DNA of 64,000 nt, taken from Chitinispirillia bacterium. Lineage in GTDB: Bacteria; Fibrobacterota; Chitinivibrionia; Chitinivibrionales; Chitinispirillaceae. The notes beneath the pieces are model-generated. The model saw nothing but the letters and a program-made list of their open reading frames with translations, searched no databases and was not told the DNA's origin. Within the stretch, counting starts at the first letter, position 1, and each line of letters starts with the position of its first letter. The stretch is from positions 174 to 64,173 of the forward strand of contig WRCH01000002.1 in the NCBI GenBank assembly GCA_009784115.1. Direction: 5' to 3'. Position numbers and translations under genes: made by a program. Positions 16,738 through 25,360 of the stretch are shown in pieces.

Positions 16738-19146
16738 ATGCAGTTAACCGATAAAAACAGCACTGAAAATTTCGACCCGGAGTGGCTTGACGCTCAGTTA
16801 GTAACAATCGGGCGCGGCGCTGATAAAGTAATTCCCCTACTTCAGGCTATACAGAAGCAATACAACTATCTGCCCGATTGCGCGCTTGTTTATCTTTGTG
16901 AAAATTCGGAGATCACTCCTGCCGATGTAACCGGTGTTTCAACTTTCTACTCCCAATTCCGCCACACTCCTGCGGGCAAGCACAGTATAAATGTTTGCGT
17001 AGGTACGGCTTGTCACATTAAGGGCGCAGAGTTAATTTATGATGGATTTTTACGTCATCTTGACTGTGCCGATGGTGAGGATACTGATCCGCGGAAATTG
17101 TTCACTGTCAATAAAGCGTCTTGTCTTGGCTGCTGTGCGCTTGCTCCCGCCGTGCAGATAGACGATACTATTTACGGTCATGTTACTGTCAGCGGAGTCG
17201 GCGGTGTCATCAATGATTTTCTTGAACGTCAAAAAATATCTGCGGCTGATAAAAATATAATCGCTGATACAAATCAATCCTGCAAAAACGAAGTGAGAGT
17301 ATGCTTGGGTTCATGCTGCGGCGCGTCAGGAACATTAAACATACAATCGGCACTGCGTAAAGTCATTGCGCGTTATGATCTGCCTGTAAAGGTAAAGACG
17401 GTTGGCTGTGTGGGCATGTGCCACCGTACCCCGCTCATTGAGATTATCGCCGGCGGCAAATCTTATTATTATTCAAAAATTACTGATGATGACGTCTCCT
17501 GCATTATGCTAAAGCATTTCAGGCCGTCATCAATCATAAAAAAAGCTGTTTCGTGGATTGATACGGCGGCGGAATCGCTGCTTTTATCTGAATCAGCAAA
17601 AGTGTCGGCAAACCGTTTTCATATCTGTAAAAATGAAAAATCCGTTGATAATTTTTTTAACAAACAGAAGCGTATAGTTACAGAACATTCCGGTTTTTTA
17701 ACTCCGCTTGATATTGATGAGTATATAAACGGCGGCGGGTTTTCTGCGTTAAAGAAAGTTTTGGCAGAATTTAAGGGTGATGATATTGTTGATATCCTTT
17801 GCGGGAGCGGTCTGCGCGGACGCGGCGGCGCGGGGTTTTCAACCGGTGAAAAATGGAAAGCTGTCCTTAAAAATAACAGCGGTGCTGACAAAAAAGATGT
17901 TTATCTGATATGCAATGGCGATGAGGGTGATCCCGGCGCGTTTATGGATCGTATGCTTCTCGAATCTTTTCCATATAGAATTATTGAAGGAATGCTTATT
18001 GCCGCTTATGCCGCGGGCGCGCATGAGGGGATATTTTACATAAGGGCGGAATATCCGCTTGCGATAAAAACCATACGCGGTGCGCTTGACGCCTGCGAAA
18101 AGAAAAATATTATCGGCGGCAATATCTTCGGTTCAACTTTTTCAATAAAACTCTCTATTGTAGAAGGCGCGGGGGCTTTTGTTTGCGGGGAAGAGACCGG
18201 ACTTATAAAGTCAATAGAGGGAAAGCGCGGGATGCCCGCGCCAAAGCCGCCTTTTCCCGCTCAGAGCGGTTTATGGGGAAAGCCTACGCTTATTAACAAC
18301 TGCGAAACATTCGCATGTGTTCCGTGGATTATAAACAACGGGGCTGATAAGTTTCGGGAGATTGGGACAGAAAAAAGTCCCGGCACAAAAGTATTCGCTC
18401 TCGCCGGTAAAATCGCTCACGGCGGACTCATAGAAACTCCAATGGGCATTACCATAAAAGAGATCGTCGAACACATCGGCGGCGGAGTCGCAAGCGGCAG
18501 AAAATTCAAAGCGATACAGATCGGCGGGCCGTCGGGCGGCTGTATACCCGCGCATCTTGGCGATATCCCTATTGACTTTGAAGAGCTTGCAAAAGTTGGG
18601 GCGATGATGGGTTCAGGCGGTCTTGTGGTGCTTGATGACCGCGATTGCATGGTAGACATAGCGAAATATTTTTTGACGTTCACGCAAGATCAATCCTGCG
18701 GACGCTGTACATTTTGCCGTATAGGAACTAAGAGGATGCTTGAGATATTGGAAAAAATATGCGCCGGCACTGGGACTAATAACGATTTAGACCTCCTCGA
18801 AGAACTCGCGATATCCGTAAAAAACGCAAGTCTCTGCGGTTTGGGAAAAAGCGCTCCAAATCCGATTCTAACGACGCTCAAATATTTTAGAAGCGAATAT
18901 GAAGCGCATATAAACGGTGAGTGCCCTGCCGGTAAATGTAAAGACTTAATCTCTTATAAGGTAACAGATAAATGTGCTGCCGGATGTACGATTTGTTCAC
19001 AAAGCTGTCCGGCAAACGCTATCCCGTTTGTCCCATATAACCGGCCGTCAGTTGATGACGCTTTGTGTACTCGCTGTAACGTTTGCGTTGAAGTCTGTCC
19101 TGTCGATGCGATTGAAGTGACACGCAGGGAGGTTAATGTGTTATGA
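16738..19146 (+). CDS. Fused NuoE-like / thioredoxin-like [2Fe-2S] / NuoF-like NAD(P)H-FMN flavoprotein with C-terminal 2x[4Fe-4S] ferredoxin domain (HndABC/HydBC/HoxF-like)
   Basis: NuoE cysteines (CVGTAC...CLGCC) and a second 2Fe-2S module (CLGSCC...CVGMC). NuoF motifs GLRGRGGAGFSTGEKW, CNGDEGDPGAF and SCGRCTFCR. The C-terminus has CAAGCTICSQSCP and CTRCNVCVEVCP. Confidence 0.85.
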   Translation: MQLTDKNSTENFDPEWLDAQLVTIGRGADKVIPLLQAIQKQYNYLPDCALVYLCENSEITPADVTGVSTFYSQFRHTPAGKHSINVCVGTACHIKGAELIYDGFLRHLDCADGEDTDPRKLFTVNKASCLGCCALAPAVQIDDTIYGHVTVSGVGGVINDFLERQKISAADKNIIADTNQSCKNEVRVCLGSCCGASGTLNIQSALRKVIARYDLPVKVKTVGCVGMCHRTPLIEIIAGGKSYYYSKITDDDVSCIMLKHFRPSSIIKKAVSWIDTAAESLLLSESAKVSANRFHICKNEKSVDNFFNKQKRIVTEHSGFLTPLDIDEYINGGGFSALKKVLAEFKGDDIVDILCGSGLRGRGGAGFSTGEKWKAVLKNNSGADKKDVYLICNGDEGDPGAFMDRMLLESFPYRIIEGMLIAAYAAGAHEGIFYIRAEYPLAIKTIRGALDACEKKNIIGGNIFGSTFSIKLSIVEGAGAFVCGEETGLIKSIEGKRGMPAPKPPFPAQSGLWGKPTLINNCETFACVPWIINNGADKFREIGTEKSPGTKVFALAGKIAHGGLIETPMGITIKEIVEHIGGGVASGRKFKAIQIGGPSGGCIPAHLGDIPIDFEELAKVGAMMGSGGLVVLDDRDCMVDIAKYFLTFTQDQSCGRCTFCRIGTKRMLEILEKICAGTGTNNDLDLLEELAISVKNASLCGLGKSAPNPILTTLKYFRSEYEAHINGECPAGKCKDLISYKVTDKCAAGCTICSQSCPANAIPFVPYNRPSVDDALCTRCNVCVEVCPVDAIEVTRREVNVL

Positions 19147-19823
19147 TAATAGAGATAACTATCGACGGGAAAGTCATAAAAGTAAACGATGGTGTTACAG
19201 TATTAGACGCTGCGCGTCAGGCAGGTATTGATATCCCGACATTGTGTTACTGTGAAAAAATTGAACCGTGCGTATCCTGCTTTGTTTGTGTTGTAAAGAT
19301 AAAAGGACAGGAAAAATTTATTCCCGCATGCGCTACAAAAGTACAAAATGGTATGATTGTCATCAATAATTCAGAAGAAGTGAGAGATTGCCGCCGTAAG
19401 GCGCTCGCGCTTTTACTCAGTGAGCACGTAGCTTTGCCCAACGGTCTTAAATGTAAATGCGCCTCAAAAACAAAATGCCGTTTGAAAGCCTGCGCTGAGG
19501 AATACGGCGCTGATCATACACGCTACACCATTGGACAACGCAGAGAAGAAACCCGCAAAATATACGACAGCGGACTTGTTCACGAGCCGGGCAAATGTAT
19601 TACATGCGGTAAATGCGTTACGATTACAAAAGAGAATGGGATCAAGCCCGGCTTATCATTTAAAGGCAGAGGGTCGAACGTATGTATATCAGCTCCATTT
19701 GAAATACCATTTGACAAAGCTATGGGCGAAGCCCTTCAATTATGTGTTGATTCATGCCCTACGGGAGCTTTATGGATAACGCCTAAATACAAAAATGATA
19801 AATCGGAATCAGCTCATGAATAG
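19143..19823 (+). CDS. NuoG-N-terminal / HoxU-like Fe-S protein (2Fe-2S plus 4Fe-4S), no catalytic domain
   Basis: ITIDGKVIKV...TLCYCEKIEPCVSCFVCVV...ACAT is a plant-type 2Fe-2S pattern. CITCGKCV...CVDSCPTGAL is a 4Fe-4S pattern. It overlaps the upstream gene by 4 bp. Confidence 0.7.
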   Translation: MIIEITIDGKVIKVNDGVTVLDAARQAGIDIPTLCYCEKIEPCVSCFVCVVKIKGQEKFIPACATKVQNGMIVINNSEEVRDCRRKALALLLSEHVALPNGLKCKCASKTKCRLKACAEEYGADHTRYTIGQRREETRKIYDSGLVHEPGKCITCGKCVTITKENGIKPGLSFKGRGSNVCISAPFEIPFDKAMGEALQLCVDSCPTGALWITPKYKNDKSESAHE

Positions 19824-20988
19824 GTTGATATTGATCATGCGATATTTATTCTGTATCTCAATTGTCGTGATATTCTGTTTTTCCTGCGACGGTTCAAAAG
19901 AGCAGAAATCCTCATCACAAGCAGTAAATTTTTTACCTGTCCCGTGGACGCATTTCCGCGGAAACGCCTCTCTTGATGGAATCTCTTTGGGCCATGTTTC
20001 TGATTCCATGAAATTATTGTGGAGTTTCAAAACCGGCGGCTCCTGCATTTCGTCTCCTGTTACAGATGGGAAAAATGTTTTTATCGGTTCGCTTGACAGT
20101 ACATTGTATTCGCTTAATATTATTACCGGTGATCTTGTATGGAAAACAAAACTTGGTGACGAGATTGAGGCATCGCCTGTTATTTTTGAGGATGTGATTT
20201 TAATAGGCGATCTTAGCGGGAATTTCTATTCTGTAAATAAACAGAGCGGAGAAATAATTTGGAAATTTAAAGCTCCCGGAGTCAGAAGCAAAATCGTCGG
20301 CTCCGCCAACATCATCAACGAGAAAAAACAGGTTTTATTCGGCAGTCACAATGATACTCTTTACTGTTTAAATATTGCTGATGGAGAAGTTGTTTGGAGG
20401 TATCAATCAGAAAGCTATATTAACGGAACTCCGGCAACAGACGGGGTAAGCATCGTTTTTGGCGGATGCGACTCTCATTTACATGTGGTAGACGCGTCAA
20501 ATGGCGCTGGTGCGGGAAAAGTCGATGTCGGTTCGCATATCGCCGGTTCTGCAGTCTTAAAAGATAATTTCGCATACGTTGGCAGTTACGGCAGAAAATT
20601 ATTTGGAATCAATACTAAAACAATGGAAATCGCATGGACATACGAGAATGACGGCCGCAAGGAACCGTTTTTCGCGTCACCAGCTCTTAAAGATACATTT
20701 CTTATCGCTCCGTCAAGAGACAAATTTGTACACGCGGTCTCATCTCTCACCGGTAATCTTATATGGAAATTCGCCGCAAAAGGCGCTGTTGACAGTTCAC
20801 CGGTTATTGCGGGAGATCGGGTAATTGCCGGATGCGAATCGGGTTTCCTTTATCTGCTTGATCTTAAAACCGGGGAGCATATAAATTCATTTGATATTGG
20901 AGCCGCTATCTCAGGCGCCCCGCTTGTGAGCGGGGCGATTGCGGTTGTTGGAGATGACAGCGGGATGGTCAGTGCGTTATACTGGTAA
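19816..20988 (+). CDS. PQQ-like beta-propeller repeat lipoprotein (BamB-like fold)
   Basis: A lipobox (FCFSC) and repeated motifs of the form G.lYa.d..tG..vW. The ORF is open from 19795 and the start choice is uncertain. Confidence 0.7.
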   Translation: MNRLILIMRYLFCISIVVIFCFSCDGSKEQKSSSQAVNFLPVPWTHFRGNASLDGISLGHVSDSMKLLWSFKTGGSCISSPVTDGKNVFIGSLDSTLYSLNIITGDLVWKTKLGDEIEASPVIFEDVILIGDLSGNFYSVNKQSGEIIWKFKAPGVRSKIVGSANIINEKKQVLFGSHNDTLYCLNIADGEVVWRYQSESYINGTPATDGVSIVFGGCDSHLHVVDASNGAGAGKVDVGSHIAGSAVLKDNFAYVGSYGRKLFGINTKTMEIAWTYENDGRKEPFFASPALKDTFLIAPSRDKFVHAVSSLTGNLIWKFAAKGAVDSSPVIAGDRVIAGCESGFLYLLDLKTGEHINSFDIGAAISGAPLVSGAIAVVGDDSGMVSALYW

Positions 20989-21078
20989 ACGACACGCGCT
21001 TACACTGCACCGCACGCAACTGCACGCAGAGCCGTGAGGCTGCTTAGCGGCACAGTGTAAGCGCGTGCCGTACTGAGT
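20978..21078 (-). repeat. Structured repeat family A, copy A4 (reverse orientation)
   Basis: Arms CGACACGCGCTTACACTG / CAGTGTAAGCGCGTGCCG around a full core. The outer arm TATACTGGTAA contains the stop codon of the PQQ-propeller gene. Confidence 0.85.
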
Positions 21079-21109
21079 CGTGAGTCGTAGTTTTTTTAAC
21101 CGGACTCCG

Positions 21110-23029
21110 CTACTTTATCAACATCCTCACCGACTGCTTCGCCGACGCTCCGGCTGTAACATTTACGATATACGTTCCGCGTGACAGATTGTTAATACGT
21201 ATATTGTGATTGCCTTGCGGAAATTTCATTGTGCGGACCCTCTTGCCATTGATGGTATAGACGTCAACACGTCCGTCACTCGGCAAACGCAGCTGCAAAT
21301 TCCGTCCGGCAATTTTTACAAGCGGGCTAACGGCAGATGATGTACGCGCACCTTGATTCCGTACCGATATCCACTTCCCGCCGTCGGCGTCGCACAGACA
21401 ATAGACATCCTTAATCCAAAACTCACCGGCAGTACCCGCGGGTCTTTCAACATACCATGAGATCGCTTCGATGCTGTCGGGGTTAACCGCTACCGGTATG
21501 GTGTTCCAGCCCGGCTGAATGAAACCGCTCCACGGTACTACCACTTCTGTCCACTCATCGGTTTGCCTTGTGTATTCGGTCATGTGAGTCGCATAGTTTC
21601 TTACGTTGCTCTGCTCGATACGAAAAGAGTGCGCAGCGCCCTTATAGGTGTAGGCGAGGCCGAATTTGCAATGCTCGGCTAACCAGTCTATGGCGTGATG
21701 TATACCCGCGTAAGGAGTCCACTCGTAGTCTCCCTGCTCTAAAGTAAATACCGCGTGCATAACTCCGGCGGAGTCAACATCTCTTAACATTTCGGAACCA
21801 TCGTTTCCATAAGGATTCAAAGCGTCGGCAACAAGTTCAACAGGCTTTCGCTCTCCATCGTATACTTGTCTGCGCGGCGGCGTCGCTGTATCACCTTTAG
21901 TCAACCAGTGATAGACATACTTACCGTGCGGAGTCATTGCGTAGGGGTCGGTCCAGCTGCCGGTGTTAAGCGGGTTGCCCGATACTGTCCAAAAGTCCTG
22001 CACGCTTCCGCTGACAGCTACGTTCCACGCGCATGAAGATATCTTGAGTGAATCTAAAAAATTGTGCCACAGATCGGCCGAGGGGAAGTCGTAGAGGAAT
22101 TGACTTCCGGGATGAGTCGCCCCCCACTCAGATACGAATACAGGGAAACCGGCGTCAAGCACGTCCAAGATAACTTGGCGGAAAGTCTTGCCGGGACGGG
22201 CATAGTGCAAGGTATTGAGCCGGTGGCCTTGGGAATAGAAATGAAATGACACGGCGATATTGCCGAAGACATTGCCGTTTGCGTCTACGGGCGGATTAGC
22301 GGCAACTACATCCGGCACCGAACTCCAGCGCGGATTGCCTACGATAATAAGATTGTTAAAACCGGCGGCGCGAATCGCTCCAATGACCGCCTCCGCGTAG
22401 GCTTTAACCGGTCCTGTTGTTCCCGGCTCCCCCCAGTCGGGGACCGGCCCAATCGGTTCGTTGTAAATTTCGAAGATCACCGCGGGGTTGTCGCCGTACT
22501 GACCGGCAAGCTCAGGATTCGTGAAAAAATCAATCGCAAGCTGCGTCCTCTCCGCGCTGTGAGTATAATACGCGTGCCAATCAACGATGGCGTAGACTCC
22601 GCGCGAAATAGCATGATCGGTTACAAGTTTAACACGCCCCCAGTTGCCTTCAGGGTCGGTATCATAACCCTCGGTTACATAATTTTCACAAGGATTAGCA
22701 GTGCTGTTGGGACTGCAGCCCGCCGGCGAAACATAACTTATCCCTAAAGGAAACCGCAAAACATCCGCTTTCCATCCGTCAATCATCGCGTCAACCGCCT
22801 CTGTAACGAAAAACCTGCTTGTCCCCCACTGAGCAACGCTCCACGGAAAGCTGGGGCCTTTCACCTGAACGGCCTCGCCGCCGGATTTTTCACCTACGAT
22901 TTTATTCCCGTCTGCAAACAAGCGTCCGTACCTGTCAACAGGATTGCCCGCGGGCGGGTTGGCGAAAACGGTAATGGCTGATAACGCGGCGATCGCTGAG
23001 ATCAAGGCGATTTTGTTTATGCGGTTCAT
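21110..23029 (-). CDS. Glycoside hydrolase family 5 endoglucanase with C-terminal T9SS-type sorting domain
   Basis: GH5 motifs (IFEIYNEP acid/base region, VSEWG nucleophile region) and a signal peptide from MNRINKIAL. The about 80-aa C-terminal beta-sandwich (VDVYTINGKRV...GTYIVNV...MLIK) resembles a Por/T9SS CTD. Confidence 0.8.
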   Translation of the reverse strand: MNRINKIALISAIAALSAITVFANPPAGNPVDRYGRLFADGNKIVGEKSGGEAVQVKGPSFPWSVAQWGTSRFFVTEAVDAMIDGWKADVLRFPLGISYVSPAGCSPNSTANPCENYVTEGYDTDPEGNWGRVKLVTDHAISRGVYAIVDWHAYYTHSAERTQLAIDFFTNPELAGQYGDNPAVIFEIYNEPIGPVPDWGEPGTTGPVKAYAEAVIGAIRAAGFNNLIIVGNPRWSSVPDVVAANPPVDANGNVFGNIAVSFHFYSQGHRLNTLHYARPGKTFRQVILDVLDAGFPVFVSEWGATHPGSQFLYDFPSADLWHNFLDSLKISSCAWNVAVSGSVQDFWTVSGNPLNTGSWTDPYAMTPHGKYVYHWLTKGDTATPPRRQVYDGERKPVELVADALNPYGNDGSEMLRDVDSAGVMHAVFTLEQGDYEWTPYAGIHHAIDWLAEHCKFGLAYTYKGAAHSFRIEQSNVRNYATHMTEYTRQTDEWTEVVVPWSGFIQPGWNTIPVAVNPDSIEAISWYVERPAGTAGEFWIKDVYCLCDADGGKWISVRNQGARTSSAVSPLVKIAGRNLQLRLPSDGRVDVYTINGKRVRTMKFPQGNHNIRINNLSRGTYIVNVTAGASAKQSVRMLIK

Positions 23030-23185
23030 AATTGACGTACCCCTTCCATGTTTGATGACTATTATTGCGGCGTTGATAACAATATAATTCAAACCAATGC
23101 AAACACGTTGCGAAAAAAAGGGACTGCCTCAAAAATGAGACAATCCCTTATATTCCTAAATTTCAATTGTAATCTACACGCTAAT

Positions 23186-23488
23186 TTATATCCGTATCCT
23201 CATTATCTCCTGATACGCGTCCATAACCTTTGTGCGGATCTCCATCATCATGTTAAACGCCACATTCGCCTCTTCCGCAGCAGACATTACCTGATGCACA
23301 TCGGTAATCTCACCGGCGGCTAACTGCTGAATCGACAGATCGGCTTTTTTCATCGTGTGGTCAACGTCTTTAAGAAAACCGTTTAAAGTGTCTCTGAAAG
23401 ACGGCCCGCCGGTTTGCCCTAAAGCGGGGTTTACTTTCCCCGGAAAACTTCCGCCCTGTACCGGCCCGATTGAATTTATACCATCCAT
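23186..23488 (-). CDS. fliE: Flagellar hook-basal body complex protein FliE
   Basis: 100 aa with the C-terminus DVHQVMSAAEEANVAFNMMMEIRTKVMDAYQEIMRIRI, typical of FliE. Confidence 0.9.
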   Translation of the reverse strand: MDGINSIGPVQGGSFPGKVNPALGQTGGPSFRDTLNGFLKDVDHTMKKADLSIQQLAAGEITDVHQVMSAAEEANVAFNMMMEIRTKVMDAYQEIMRIRI

Positions 23489-23513
23489 GGCTTACCTCCT
23501 CACTCCCTTAAGT

Positions 23514-23789
23514 TCAGGCGTACATGTCAAAATGATTACCCTTTATATTTTTATTAACACTCTCTTCAACAGAAGCAGTATTTACAGATCTCTGATTCGC
23601 CGTAATAGACTTCTGCTCAGAATATACATCGCTGACACTCTTTTTAGGCGCAGCTTTTTCACCGCGGCCTGTATTTGTAACCCCATCTGCCGTAAAACCG
23701 CTGTTACGCTCGCGCGCCGCCTGTTTAAGTTTAACAAACTGCGCCCACGAAGCCGCTGAGGATCCCTGTATTCTGTTCATATCATTCAT
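23514..23789 (-). CDS. Hypothetical 91-aa protein between flgC and fliE
   Basis: An ORF in the same orientation that fills the flgC-fliE gap. I recognise no motif. It is hydrophilic and rich in S/N/K. Confidence 0.4.
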   Translation of the reverse strand: MNDMNRIQGSSAASWAQFVKLKQAARERNSGFTADGVTNTGRGEKAAPKKSVSDVYSEQKSITANQRSVNTASVEESVNKNIKGNHFDMYA

Positions 23790-23881
23790 TTTTTACAGAC
23801 TCCTAATCACAAACATAAAACATCATCAACAAATATACTACAATATTCAAGTGTGTATTTCAATAAAAATCTACACAACTG

Positions 23882-24394
23882 TTATGATGACTGCAATGCC
23901 TGCATCAGCATCCCTTTTATCGCGTTAAAAGCTGTAACATTCGCCTCATACGCTCTTGTCGCGGCGATCATATCGGTCATCTCTTCTATTACGTTGATAT
24001 TTGGCTTAGCCACATATCCGTTTTCATCTGCATCAGGATGACCGGGATCATACTCAAGCCTTGCGGGACGTGAATCCGCCCTGATCTCCGCAACCTCAAC
24101 GCCGCGTCCAAAAAAACGCTCGTCTCTTGGAAAATTCGACGGCGGAATCGGCAGATGATTCGCCTTAGTCTCCGTACCGCGCAAAGCGATCTCCTGATTG
24201 AGAATCCGCGTATCGCGGCGGTTGCTCTGCGCTTCAAACATCACAAACTGCCTGCGGTAAGGACCGCCCTCAGCTGTACGGGTAGTCTCGGCATTAGCCA
24301 AGTTTGAAGAGATCGTCGTCTGACGAATCCGCTGAGCCCTCATGCCCGAAGCGCTTATCGCGAGCCCGGAAAATATTCCACCTACTTCCGACAT
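23882..24394 (-). CDS. flgC: Flagellar basal-body rod protein FlgC
   Basis: ISASGMRAQRIRQTTISSNLANAETTRT at the N-terminus and ATRAYEANVTAFNAIKGMLMQAL at the C-terminus. Confidence 0.92.
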   Translation of the reverse strand: MSEVGGIFSGLAISASGMRAQRIRQTTISSNLANAETTRTAEGGPYRRQFVMFEAQSNRRDTRILNQEIALRGTETKANHLPIPPSNFPRDERFFGRGVEVAEIRADSRPARLEYDPGHPDADENGYVAKPNINVIEEMTDMIAATRAYEANVTAFNAIKGMLMQALQSS

Positions 24395-24420
24395 ATTGAG
24401 CTTCTCCTTTTTATTATCTT

Positions 24421-24477
24421 AATCCCCGGATTAAAACCCGGGGCCACAATCTTGCACCCCTAAAGGGGTGCGGGAAA
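24421..24477 (+). repeat. Twin-hairpin repeat family C, copy C2 (in the flgB-flgC intercistronic gap)
   Basis: CCCCGGATTAAAACCCGGGG plus GCACCCCTAAAGGGGTGC, near-identical to C1. Confidence 0.85.
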
Positions 24478-24482
24478 ATGTT

Positions 24483-24914
24483 TTAACCCTGCGTTGACTG
24501 CCCCTTAATCGCGGCATTAAGTCTTTTAAAAACACCCTGATTAAACTTATTCATATATTGAAAGGCGATCTGCGCCTCTGCAAGCTTACCCATCTCAATA
24601 TCAATATCCACATTATTTACGCCGCTTGGCAGAGTTGGGTCATACGGCTTATGAGCCTTTGGCCCTACATCTCTAAGATCAAGCCGCCCGATGTTCATGT
24701 GAGCGCCGTTTGTACGCGTCCCCTGGAGACGAGTCTTATCAAGCGCGCGGCTGAGCTCCTTCTCAAAAGAGACGTCAACCCGCTGATACCCCGGTGTATT
24801 CACGTTGGCAATGTTATTCGCAGTGACCTTGGCGCGCATCATCGCGGCGTCCATCGCCCGCCCCATCACGGGTCTTCTAGTCTTGTTGAAAATAGCATTG
24901 CTCAGCATATCCAT
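24483..24914 (-). CDS. flgB: Flagellar basal-body rod protein FlgB
   Basis: RAKVTANNIANVNTPGYQRVDVSFE is the rod-protein N-terminal motif. I prefer ATG at 24914 because the sigma54 promoter lies inside the longer ORF (to 25121). Confidence 0.88.
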   Translation of the reverse strand: MDMLSNAIFNKTRRPVMGRAMDAAMMRAKVTANNIANVNTPGYQRVDVSFEKELSRALDKTRLQGTRTNGAHMNIGRLDLRDVGPKAHKPYDPTLPSGVNNVDIDIEMGKLAEAQIAFQYMNKFNQGVFKRLNAAIKGQSTQG

Positions 24915-24945
24915 AAATTGATCTCCATTCGCCGAAGATACATAC

Positions 24946-24960
24946 GCAATAGCCGTGCCA
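24946..24960 (-). promoter_or_regulatory. Sigma54-type -24/-12 promoter (TGGCACGGCTATTGC on the minus strand) for the flgB operon
   Basis: Exact TGGCAC-N5-TTGC match. The -12 element ends about 30 nt upstream of the flgB ATG, and a GGAG ribosome-binding site lies between them. Confidence 0.65.
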
Positions 24961-25360
24961 TAAGTAATTTTGAGGATATTGAGGGGATTTGGGTATAATT
25001 TTGGATAGAAACGGATCAGGAGAGGCAGGTAATTTTTGCCGGGCAGGCATTTTTTGCCGGGTGGCGGGGGAAAAATTTTCCCTCTATAAAGATTCAGGCA
25101 GGGGTTAATTTTCGTTTTCATTACTTTAACCCCCTGTCATTAAACAATGAATTTATAAATTGTACAATAAGGCTTAACACATTGTCTACACTTAGGGGCA
25201 AGAATCAAACTGGTATTGATGCGCATTTGACTCTTAACCACTTGGTCGGGGATTCTGCTTGAATTATATCTGACAAATAGTCTATATTATGTTATGATAT
25301 ATGGAGCTGTCCGGTAAATTATAAGTTACCGGATTACAATTCAACAAAAACAGCAACACT

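Noticed and set aside
24915-25121. The N-terminal 69-aa extension of flgB.
   Set aside because: It contains the sigma54 promoter and proline/low-complexity sequence. FlgB homologues start near MDMLSN...
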